DNA from: a virus
Taxonomy: Duplodnaviria; Caudoviricetes
Length of the DNA stretch: 60,889 nt
Virus record (IMG/VR): IMGVR_UViG_3300044641_005368
Coordinates: 1 to 60,889 of that record
Reading direction: 5' to 3' (one strand)
Of this stretch, positions 48,862 through 56,179 are shown in pieces; within the stretch, counting starts at the first letter, position 1, and the number at the start of each line of letters is the position of its first letter. Under the pieces are notes generated by a model that did not search any database, was not told where the DNA came from, and saw only the letters and a list, made by a program, of their open reading frames with translations. Position numbers and translations under genes: made by a program.

Positions 48862-48890
48862 AGTATCTAAGAGTATTTAGGGCTTGTCAC
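48862..48890 (-). promoter_or_regulatory. Putative promoter
   Basis: GTGACA-N17-GATACT, followed by a GCGCC/GGCGC 5' hairpin. Confidence 0.5.
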
Positions 48891-49074
48891 GCTTAATTCT
48901 TCTATTTTTACCTGTCATAGCCGCTATAGGGGCCGCAATAATAGCTACAGCGTGCTTTAACGCCTCTTCTACTTTTTCTTCAGCCGCTCGCTCTGCCTCT
49001 GATATTTTAGAGTTTCTATTTAACTTAGCAAAGTGGTGCGGAGACATAGTATAAGTGTACCTATGCCTCCACAC
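48877..49074 (-). CDS. Hypothetical protein
   Basis: ORF track; fills the gap at the end of the operon. Confidence 0.55.
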   Translation of the reverse strand: MWRHRYTYTMSPHHFAKLNRNSKISEAERAAEEKVEEALKHAVAIIAAPIAAMTGKNRRIKRDKP

Positions 49075-49088
49075 CTATCAATTTTAAA

Positions 49089-49904
49089 CTACTTAATAAG
49101 TTTGGTATCTCCTGGCTTATGACGGCCGTCTGCTGTGTCTCCAACTGATGGGTCAGCATGGTCTTTAAACGGTGCTAACGAGCCATCGGGACGAGGTATA
49201 GAGATAGTCCCTTGTATTGGGTCACTTGGCATACGTACGCCGTTATACCCTGCTGGGTAGTGCCAAGGGTCTTCAGGCCTATTAGTAGGAGCTGGTTTTG
49301 GATCAGGATTCCACACACCTTCTTTTGTTGTTAAAGAGGCTAAGCAGAACCGATCTCCAGATTTTACTTTACGAACTCCGTGGCGTGTATACCCCTCATG
49401 CATAACCATAGAACCCGCTTCTGGTTTGTACTTAAACTTGTACTGGGGGTATTCAATTTCTCCGCCTTCGTAGTCATCATTTGGATAAATGACCATGCCC
49501 CAAAAGATTGTTTGGATCATTTGATCTTGGTTGTCCACATGATAAAACATTTCAAGACCGTTGCCCCAATCTGTGTTCATAGGGTTTGAGTCTTTCCACA
49601 TCTTTATGTAATTAAATGGGCTAGGTGTCCAAGGAGCCACTTCAACCATATTTAAAGCGTCTTTTAATCTTGTCTGAAGCTGGTTATTTAAATCCATAAT
49701 TTCAGAAAAAGATGTTTCAAAGCCTGGGTACTTTGTGGTTATGCTTGGTGTCATTAGCCTTTGATCCCAAAACTTAAACGCGTGCTGCGGAAGGTCTTTG
49801 TAATTAAACTCTCTAAACCACTTAGTTAATAGCTCCGACTCGTCTTTGCTTAAAAAGTTTCTGTAAATACGAACGTTATCGTCGCAGAGGCTTTCAATTT
49901 CCAC
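49089..49904 (-). CDS. 2OG-Fe(II) oxygenase, prolyl-4-hydroxylase-like
   Basis: IYRNFLS..E, HVD (HxD), IYPNDDYEGGEI, HGVRKVKSGDR. Confidence 0.9.
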   Translation of the reverse strand: MEIESLCDDNVRIYRNFLSKDESELLTKWFREFNYKDLPQHAFKFWDQRLMTPSITTKYPGFETSFSEIMDLNNQLQTRLKDALNMVEVAPWTPSPFNYIKMWKDSNPMNTDWGNGLEMFYHVDNQDQMIQTIFWGMVIYPNDDYEGGEIEYPQYKFKYKPEAGSMVMHEGYTRHGVRKVKSGDRFCLASLTTKEGVWNPDPKPAPTNRPEDPWHYPAGYNGVRMPSDPIQGTISIPRPDGSLAPFKDHADPSVGDTADGRHKPGDTKLIK

Positions 49905-50481
49905 TATTCAATCTCGCTTTCTTTATTATATCTTGGACTGTACCAATAGAGTTTTTTACTCGAATATTGCGGTGCTCTTGCTTGTCTACTGTAAAAAACC
50001 AGTGTTCTGGCTCTACATAGAAAAAGAACACGTTACACACAATATTGTTATCTGGGTTTACCAGCGGCTCCCGCCAGTGCTCCTGTTTTTCTCCGTAGTA
50101 GAGGAGGGCATCGTTTTCTTTAAGGGTATACGGAACACCCTCAACATATAAGTCCCAATCTTGGGTAGCGTACACCGCGAGGTCTATACTGTATGTGCAC
50201 GCGTTGATATCAGTATGGTGCTCTAAAGAAGCATCGCCAAAATACCAGGAGGCAAAGTTAAAAGAAGGTAGGAGGGTATCGCTCTCAAAATACTCCCTAG
50301 CTACTGGCAGTAGTTTTTCATGTACTGCATTTAACTCTGGAGTCGCAGTCCACTCGTACCTGTTATACCCGTCATAAAATCTTGTAGTAGATTTATCTAT
50401 ACTTTTAACATGGTCTTGAAGAACTTGAAAGTCTTCAGGGCTTAACAAGCTCTTTAAAAGCATTGGCTCTTTTACGTTCAT
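49894..50481 (-). CDS. 2OG-Fe(II) oxygenase
   Basis: LEHHTD..CTYS, W.LYVEG, LYYG...HWR, FFFYV. Confidence 0.85.
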   Translation of the reverse strand: MNVKEPMLLKSLLSPEDFQVLQDHVKSIDKSTTRFYDGYNRYEWTATPELNAVHEKLLPVAREYFESDTLLPSFNFASWYFGDASLEHHTDINACTYSIDLAVYATQDWDLYVEGVPYTLKENDALLYYGEKQEHWREPLVNPDNNIVCNVFFFYVEPEHWFFTVDKQEHRNIRVKNSIGTVQDIIKKARLNSGN

Positions 50482-50483
50482 CT

Positions 50484-50684
50484 TTACCACTTTCCAATAG
50501 GGCACTTAGCGTCTTTAAGCTTAGCTTTTAAAGGCATTACGCACCCACACATTTTGCATTGTTTTGTTAACTGTATAAGCCTATCGCAAGACAGGCAAGT
50601 GTCCAACCTTGAACGAAATAAAGTATCGTCTGAGCGCTCATACTTAGGGTCCAGCAAGTGCCATGGATAAACCTCTTCGCTCAC
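50484..50684 (-). CDS. Cys-rich miniprotein (DUF6171-like)
   Basis: R...CLSC...QCKMCGC.M..KAKL....CPIGKW. Confidence 0.75.
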   Translation of the reverse strand: MSEEVYPWHLLDPKYERSDDTLFRSRLDTCLSCDRLIQLTKQCKMCGCVMPLKAKLKDAKCPIGKW

Positions 50685-51151
50685 TGCGCCTCATCAAATA
50701 TAAGTATGCTTGCCTTATCAAACACGTTGTGTGGGAAAGCATATAGGGTTTTGTACGCCGTTACATCACAAGCGTTGCCTAGCAGCACTTGTAGATCCCG
50801 TACTAGTGGAGCCTTTAGGTGGGCGGTTTCTAAAGTCAGATCGGCAGCAAAGTCAATATCGCTACTGCGCTTAGTTTGATTTTGAACAAAGCTGCCGATT
50901 AGATGGGCTCTGAAAAAGCCGTAGGACTTAAATAGGTTTTTAATATTTTCAAGGTTTTTTACTATGGTAGGAACTCGGTAGTCAGTCAGATCTTCAAAAG
51001 TGTGGTTTAGAGCTGGAGCGGTTATAGCGGGGCAGTTCTCGTATATATACCCATTATGCTTACCACGCTCTGCGTCTAGCCTAGTTATCTGTGGACCGCA
51101 GTAACATGTGTATAAGTAGTACTTTTTCACTGGTACTTCTTTCGTTGCCAC
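50681..51151 (-). CDS. Minimal nucleotidyltransferase (Pol beta-like, MNT)
   Basis: LIGSF....SSDIDF...LG..CDV motif; N-terminal CYC extension. Confidence 0.8.
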   Translation of the reverse strand: MATKEVPVKKYYLYTCYCGPQITRLDAERGKHNGYIYENCPAITAPALNHTFEDLTDYRVPTIVKNLENIKNLFKSYGFFRAHLIGSFVQNQTKRSSDIDFAADLTLETAHLKAPLVRDLQVLLGNACDVTAYKTLYAFPHNVFDKASILIFDEAQ

Positions 51152-51846
51152 ATGTTTTTCTTATACCCGTTTTCAAAGGTAGACCTGACAACATAACGCT
51201 GTCCAATAGCCTCATCCTCATACTCTGAAAATTCTGGTATTACAAGCTCATACTCCTCGCGCCTAAAAGGTATTACTTGTATAAATGGTGTTCCCTGTTT
51301 AATGACCCCTTTAAATCCGCGCTCAATAATCATTGAGAAAAACCCGTCTGACATAAAGTTATCTGTGTCTACTACCCCGTTAATAACTCTAAAGGGAAGA
51401 TTCTCATGAAACATTGGATGGATAAACATACAGCTAACGCCCTCTTCAGTTTTAACTGCCCACTGAGGATTAATTCTAAATACCTCGTCCATGTAGACAT
51501 CCCTACTAAATGGGAATCCTTTTACCTGCTCCGGAGAGTGCATAGAGACAATATCTTTTTCCTCATTGTTAGCGTGGCTATAAACAATACGTTTACCGGT
51601 AGCGTCAATCATTACGTCCACAGGAAACTTTAATATATACCCCGCTGTGATGGAATCAAATATTGCCATGCAGCTTTTTATAGTTTTATTAGTAGTCCCC
51701 TCTGCACGGTTGTAGACAACGGAGTCAGTCGTATACCTATCATGGTCTTTGTACCATTCTGGTACCAATTTAACCGCAGGTTCTGGAAGTGGGGCGTAAG
51801 ATACCGTGTGCTTTGTCTTAGGTATAAACTTTATAAGACTTGCCAC
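51127..51846 (-). CDS. DUF6065-like protein (possible dUTPase-like fold)
   Basis: PEWYK, TIKSC, GY, NPQW.VKT..G.S..F..P, GVVDTD and IKQGTPFIQVIPFRRE motifs. Confidence 0.65.
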   Translation of the reverse strand: MASLIKFIPKTKHTVSYAPLPEPAVKLVPEWYKDHDRYTTDSVVYNRAEGTTNKTIKSCMAIFDSITAGYILKFPVDVMIDATGKRIVYSHANNEEKDIVSMHSPEQVKGFPFSRDVYMDEVFRINPQWAVKTEEGVSCMFIHPMFHENLPFRVINGVVDTDNFMSDGFFSMIIERGFKGVIKQGTPFIQVIPFRREEYELVIPEFSEYEDEAIGQRYVVRSTFENGYKKNMWQRKKYQ

Positions 51847-51861
51847 GGCTTACTCCATTCT

Positions 51862-53229
51862 TTAGTAAAACTCTCTTAGGTTGTAAACGAGCATGTTTTC
51901 AGTGAAGAATATATCATATGGCTCGCAGTTAATCGAATACACAGTCAAAGAGACGTCCATAGGTATTACGTCTGTAACTGGTGTCCAATCATCTGTCTGG
52001 TAGTTGTATACCTCGTATGAGGTGTCCATATCTGCCGCAATAACAAACGAGTGAACCCCATCTTTTCTAGCCAAGATGTAGTGGCTCTCAGAGAACCAAT
52101 CGCCGTTAATCAATACATGTCGATCTACTTCTCGTGTAGTAATGCTTGTCACAGTAGTTGTAACAACCCCATTATTTGTGAACTGCTCAGAAGCCCATGA
52201 GGTTAGGTCAAAGTCTGGGCCAAAGGTTGGGATTTCTGATATGTCTAGAGATAACAGCTCGTCTCCAACAGATAGGTTGTTAACGGTCTTGTATCCATCT
52301 AGTGTTAGTACGTAAGTTCCACCACCCAAAGAACCGCAGAAGTCTGCAGGTGTTGGGATACATGTTGCAATAATAGGCTCAGCAATAATTACTGGTTCAG
52401 CAATAATAACCGGTTCAGCAATAATTACTGGTTCAGCAATAATTACTGGTGTTGCAATAATTACTGGTGTTGCAATAATTACTGGTGTTGCAATAATTAC
52501 TGGCTCAGCGATAATAACCGGGGTTGCAATGATAACCGGGGTTGCAATAATAACTGGAGTAGCGATAATAACTGGAGTAGTAGATGTATCTGCTACAGCT
52601 ACAGTTGCGCTTGTAGCAACAACGGTTCCGCCTGTGGACCCTGTACGTAAACGAGCTAGGAAAGACTCTGGCCCCTCTGTTGTCAAATCATTGCTCAAAG
52701 TGACTGCAAAAGACCCGGAGTTAGCTGAAATAGAAACAGATCCGCCAGAAGTAACCGCGTTGGAAGGAGAGTTAAAGTCTGAGTTATTTATAGTTCCTGA
52801 TACGCCTTCAAGCGTCCAGTAAAGAGTTCCTGACCCAAAGTTAGTTGTAGTAACGGTAAACGTTACTGTTGTACCTTCATTTACAGAGGTTGAGTTTGGA
52901 GCAACTGCGTATGTTATTGGAGGAGCTGAAGGAGTTACTGGGTTAGATGATCCAGAAGAGTCTGAGCTAACTCCATAGTTTGTGTTTCCAACTACAGTAA
53001 AAGTGTAAGCAGTTCCTGCAAGTAATCCTGAAACAGCAATTGGTGAAGAAGACCCTGTGCCGGTTATTCCACTAGGACTTGAAGTAGCAGTATAGGTAAT
53101 TGTCCCCTTACCAATATATGTAGAAGGAGTAAAGGCCACTGTTGCGCTTAAAGTGCCCGCAGTAGCAGCACCTATAGTAGGTGTAGTTGGCTTTTTACCC
53201 TCAGAAGATGTATTACCTGGAATCGGCAT
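51862..53229 (-). CDS. FN3 + Calx-beta-like + PVIIA(T/E) repeats + C-terminal Hint domain protein
   Basis: FN3 (PTIGAATAG...VSGLLAGTAYTFTV), Calx-beta-like (SVNEG...ND.TTEG.ESF), repeats, and Hint (SLGGGTYVLT.DG.K.V..L.VGD...SESH...VYSI...FF..NMLVYN). Start set at the TAATG overlap. Confidence 0.88.
   Translation of the reverse strand: MPIPGNTSSEGKKPTTPTIGAATAGTLSATVAFTPSTYIGKGTITYTATSSPSGITGTGSSSPIAVSGLLAGTAYTFTVVGNTNYGVSSDSSGSSNPVTPSAPPITYAVAPNSTSVNEGTTVTFTVTTTNFGSGTLYWTLEGVSGTINNSDFNSPSNAVTSGGSVSISANSGSFAVTLSNDLTTEGPESFLARLRTGSTGGTVVATSATVAVADTSTTPVIIATPVIIATPVIIATPVIIAEPVIIATPVIIATPVIIATPVIIAEPVIIAEPVIIAEPVIIAEPIIATCIPTPADFCGSLGGGTYVLTLDGYKTVNNLSVGDELLSLDISEIPTFGPDFDLTSWASEQFTNNGVVTTTVTSITTREVDRHVLINGDWFSESHYILARKDGVHSFVIAADMDTSYEVYNYQTDDWTPVTDVIPMDVSLTVYSINCEPYDIFFTENMLVYNLREFY
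52363..52575 (-). repeat. 18-bp coding tandem repeat: 11 x PVIIA(T/E) plus one PIIAT
   Basis: Units such as tgttgcaataattactgg and ttcagcaataattactgg, with synonymous variation between copies. Confidence 0.95.
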
Positions 53230-54083
53230 TAAACGCTCAAATCGCCGATTAACACCCAATTGTTAGTGCCAAGACAAATCAAAGTAGCTGATGAGTACCC
53301 TGCACGTAAAAATAAACCTGGGGTTCCGTTTAACGCAACTCCGGTTCCCTGTACTTGAACTCTTCCAAAAGCTAATAGATGAATTTGAGTTCCGACTGGG
53401 GCACCGCTTAATGCTGATGTAAGGCTGATTACTCCTCCAGCAGCCATTTGGATCATAGTTTCGTAATCAGTTGTAGCAAGAATATACGTTCCAGATTTAA
53501 CATTTGTATTTACTACAAACTTAGCTTGATAAGTTGACGCAGCTGTAGAGGACGTTAAATAAGGCGACAAAGAAGCAGAGGTTATATAAGTCGAAGAATC
53601 TACAGTTCCATTTGCTTTTAAGAACTGGGTAGATGTTCCTCCGGTAATTGCTACAGAGGCTGCGCTGAGTGCACCGGTTGAACTGATGGATGCTAAAGCA
53701 GTTCCGCTGCTATTTTGCCATTCTGCCAAGGCAGCTGATTGACTAGCATTAGCTCTGATTACTAAGCCCCTAGTGCTTCCTGAAGCAGGGACAATAACGT
53801 TTCCGGTATCTCCAGCTTTTCTAATGTATTGGCTGTGAGAATCTGCAACAACGCCAGTTTCAATGTTTCCTAAACGAGCGTTAACGCTAGCAAAAGATGT
53901 AGAGGTGGCTGTAAAGGTACCACTTGGTGAAGGAGATGTAGAAACTTGTGGGGAAGCGCCAAGAGTAGACTGGATAGCGACTACTTCTTCTTGAACTGAG
54001 TTTGGATGGGAAGCGTCAACAACGTCTGTAACGTTGGTCTTAGTAGTAAAAACTCGAATCGAGGTAGGATACGACGCTGGCAT
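53229..54083 (-). CDS. Fibre-like virion protein
   Basis: YPTS...V.ASHPN.VQEEV.AIQ..LG N-terminus; GGTSTQFLKANG.VD; C-terminal YSSATLI....NWVLIGDL. Confidence 0.75.
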   Translation of the reverse strand: MPASYPTSIRVFTTKTNVTDVVDASHPNSVQEEVVAIQSTLGASPQVSTSPSPSGTFTATSTSFASVNARLGNIETGVVADSHSQYIRKAGDTGNVIVPASGSTRGLVIRANASQSAALAEWQNSSGTALASISSTGALSAASVAITGGTSTQFLKANGTVDSSTYITSASLSPYLTSSTAASTYQAKFVVNTNVKSGTYILATTDYETMIQMAAGGVISLTSALSGAPVGTQIHLLAFGRVQVQGTGVALNGTPGLFLRAGYSSATLICLGTNNWVLIGDLSV

Positions 54084-54127
54084 GGTGTTCCTTTCAAAGT
54101 AGCGATAAAAGTGTACCGCTTAATTAA

Positions 54128-54289
54128 TTAGTTTTGGTGCTCTCCGTTAGGTCCACGACCAGGTTTTGCGTAAGTTCCAATACGAGGGCGCTCTTGGCTG
54201 TTAATAAACATACGACGGATGCCAAATCTAGAGTCTTTTACAACTAAAGGTTTTGGGGCCGCTTCTTTGAAAGCTTTATTTCGAGCCAG
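54128..54289 (-). CDS. Small basic protein, probable CTG start
   Basis: GGGAGG-N6-CTG gives MARNKAFKEAAPKPLVVKDSRFGIRR...; the start is uncertain. Confidence 0.55.
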   Translation of the reverse strand: MARNKAFKEAAPKPLVVKDSRFGIRRMFINSQERPRIGTYAKPGRGPNGEHQN

Positions 54290-54452
54290 TTGAACCCTCC
54301 CAATGTAAGACGTTAGTCCTAGCGCCTGGTAAAACCTGCTCAACGCGAGTTAACGCATCTCGAAACTCTCGGCTTCTAGCGCCTTTAATACCTTTAGCGC
54401 TGAACTTAGCCGCTTCAGCAACCGGATCAGATAGACGATCTATTTTTGGCAT
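54276..54452 (-). CDS. Small hypothetical protein (58 aa)
   Basis: Hand translation MPKIDRLSDPVAEAAKFSAKGIKGARSREFRDALTRVEQ...; fills the gap. Confidence 0.6.
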   Translation of the reverse strand: MPKIDRLSDPVAEAAKFSAKGIKGARSREFRDALTRVEQVLPGARTNVLHWEGSTGSK

Positions 54453-54457
54453 AGATA

Positions 54458-54751
54458 TTAGTCCAAGCGTGTTGCTGGAAGGTGAGAAGTGTCGCTATAA
54501 CCAAGAAACTGTTGGCTTGTTGACCTATTCACTGACTCTGGTTTCTTTTTAGCCGGGTGGTCTGGCTTAATAATCTTTGTTTTTTCAGAGGCTGGGGCTT
54601 TTCCAGAAGACTTACCGGAAGACTTTTTTAGCTCTTGCTTAGCTTTTTTCTTTGGACTTTGTGTTTTTCCCTTAGGAAACAAAGACCTTTGGGTTTTTGA
54701 GATGGCGGAACCAATCGCCGAAAGATTTGAGAGCTCTGTTGATCCGCGCAT
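54458..54751 (-). CDS. Basic low-complexity protein
   Basis: K/S-rich, 97 aa. Confidence 0.6.
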   Translation of the reverse strand: MRGSTELSNLSAIGSAISKTQRSLFPKGKTQSPKKKAKQELKKSSGKSSGKAPASEKTKIIKPDHPAKKKPESVNRSTSQQFLGYSDTSHLPATRLD

Positions 54752-54752
54752 A

Positions 54753-54860
54753 CTATGATTCTAGATGCTTTTCTTCACAGTCACGGGCTAAAGTGGGCAC
54801 AACCCAAATGCGACCGCATATAGCGCAAGTCCAGCGCTGTATGCGATCGCTATTGGACAT
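54753..54860 (-). CDS. Zinc-finger microprotein (35 aa)
   Basis: MSNSDRIQRWTCAICGRIWVVPTLARDCEEKHLES (CxxC...CxxxH). Confidence 0.65.
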   Translation of the reverse strand: MSNSDRIQRWTCAICGRIWVVPTLARDCEEKHLES

Positions 54861-54863
54861 CAA

Positions 54864-55427
54864 CTACTTAAGAACCTGCCCGCAGGTTACGCAAGTCTTT
54901 ACTTCTGCAGGAGCTGCAGATGCAGCGCCTTTGAACTTTGGGCGACCAAATCCCACGATTGAGATCATTTCGCCCTTCTTGTTCTTCTTAAAACCGCGAA
55001 CCTTCTGTGAAACCTGCCCGCCGTTACGCTGTGAGCCCTTCTTATCTGGGCTGGTGTTTCCTTCAATGCACACTACTGTGCCGTCTCCGTTGTCCTTGAT
55101 AACAATTCCTACGTGAGAAATTCTATCGACACCGTCTGCGGGGAAATCAAAATACGCGATATCCCCTGGCTCTGGATCAGCAATATCTGCATCGATCCAT
55201 GCGTTAGCCTTTTTGAATGCAGCGGCTCCGCCTGGTGTGTAAACAGTATTAGGCACCTTTACTCCAGCCTCATTTGCGCACCACATTACGAAACTTCCGC
55301 ACCATGGTTGAAAGTTGGCTTTGGTAAATGCGCCGTACTTTGTCTCGTTGTCCTTAGGACCTTCGATTGTTCCAAGCTCTGCCTTAGCAACCTCAATAAG
55401 GCGAGCGACTGTGCCTTGGTCTGCCAT
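54864..55427 (-). CDS. CHAP-domain amidase/peptidase (endolysin)
   Basis: PWCGSFVMW (Cys), PEPGDI, SHVGIV (His), IEGNT, IVGFGRP. Confidence 0.92.
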   Translation of the reverse strand: MADQGTVARLIEVAKAELGTIEGPKDNETKYGAFTKANFQPWCGSFVMWCANEAGVKVPNTVYTPGGAAAFKKANAWIDADIADPEPGDIAYFDFPADGVDRISHVGIVIKDNGDGTVVCIEGNTSPDKKGSQRNGGQVSQKVRGFKKNKKGEMISIVGFGRPKFKGAASAAPAEVKTCVTCGQVLK

Positions 55428-55816
55428 TAGTCTTTGTCCCAATCTAAATCAACTGGCTGCTCATCTGGAACTTGTCCTTCTGGCTTACCTGTAGGTTCTG
55501 GCTCTGTTGGTGCTGGGGCGGGAGCAGGCTCAGAAGAAGCCTCTCCTGCTGCGTTACCCATAGAAGCAATCTCCTCAGCGCCGCTCTTACCGATTAAGAT
55601 ACCTGCAAGGGTTCCTGTGATAAAGGTAGCGATGCTTCCAAGAACATTGAAGAACATCTTGTCATTCTCTGACTGAGCGCCAATTGGCTGTGTTACGAAC
55701 AGTAGGCCATACAAGATGCCGAATGCTGTAAAAAATAAAATCAAACCGAGGATAGCGCCAAGTAAAAACTTTAATCGGGCGTCTAGCTCAGCGGGAGTGT
55801 ATCGAGTTCTACTCAT
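55427..55816 (-). CDS. Two-TM membrane protein
   Basis: ELDARLKF-TM-QP...QSEND-TM then an acidic Pro-rich tail. Confidence 0.75.
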   Translation of the reverse strand: MSRTRYTPAELDARLKFLLGAILGLILFFTAFGILYGLLFVTQPIGAQSENDKMFFNVLGSIATFITGTLAGILIGKSGAEEIASMGNAAGEASSEPAPAPAPTEPEPTGKPEGQVPDEQPVDLDWDKD

Positions 55817-56006
55817 TTGTACTTCCTGTTTCATCTAGTTTAACTAAATCGGATGGGCAAATCTGTAAAGCTGTGCAAACTGGTGGCTTGCATTCGGCTG
55901 TTTCCCAGTTCGCTGGGTCTTGACATGGATATCTAAATCCACCGTCATACCCACAGCTTGAAAGGGTAAGAGCTAACACAAAGGTTAGCATAAGTCGTTT
56001 TAACAT
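55809..56006 (-). CDS. Small Cys-rich lipoprotein
   Basis: Lipobox LSSC; RYPCQDPANW...CKPPVC....CP. Confidence 0.8.
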   Translation of the reverse strand: MLKRLMLTFVLALTLSSCGYDGGFRYPCQDPANWETAECKPPVCTALQICPSDLVKLDETGSTNE

Positions 56007-56179
56007 TAGTCTTCATCCTTTGGGTTTCTTAGAGGATACGTAATGGCCCAAGCAACCAAGGTTCCAATGATTGCGTACCCAACCACAGTTTTAGCTGATC
56101 CATCAAGCACTACCCAAGCAATGAACATACCAAGTAGAGTCCATAGCTGGTCAATCATGTCTTTAATTATCTTAATCAA
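56006..56179 (-). CDS. Two-TM microprotein (57 aa)
   Basis: Hand translation [57 protein letters not shown]; overlaps both neighbours. Confidence 0.75.
   Translation of the reverse strand: MIKIIKDMIDQLWTLLGMFIAWVVLDGSAKTVVGYAIIGTLVAWAITYPLRNPKDED

Noticed and set aside
51880-52332. Classical mobile intein
   Set aside because: No homing endonuclease, no C/S/T at +1, and only five residues follow; it is better read as a BIL/hedgehog-type Hint.
52363-52575. CRISPR array or iteron array
   Set aside because: The repeats are contiguous with no spacers, stay in frame and vary synonymously; no cas genes are present.
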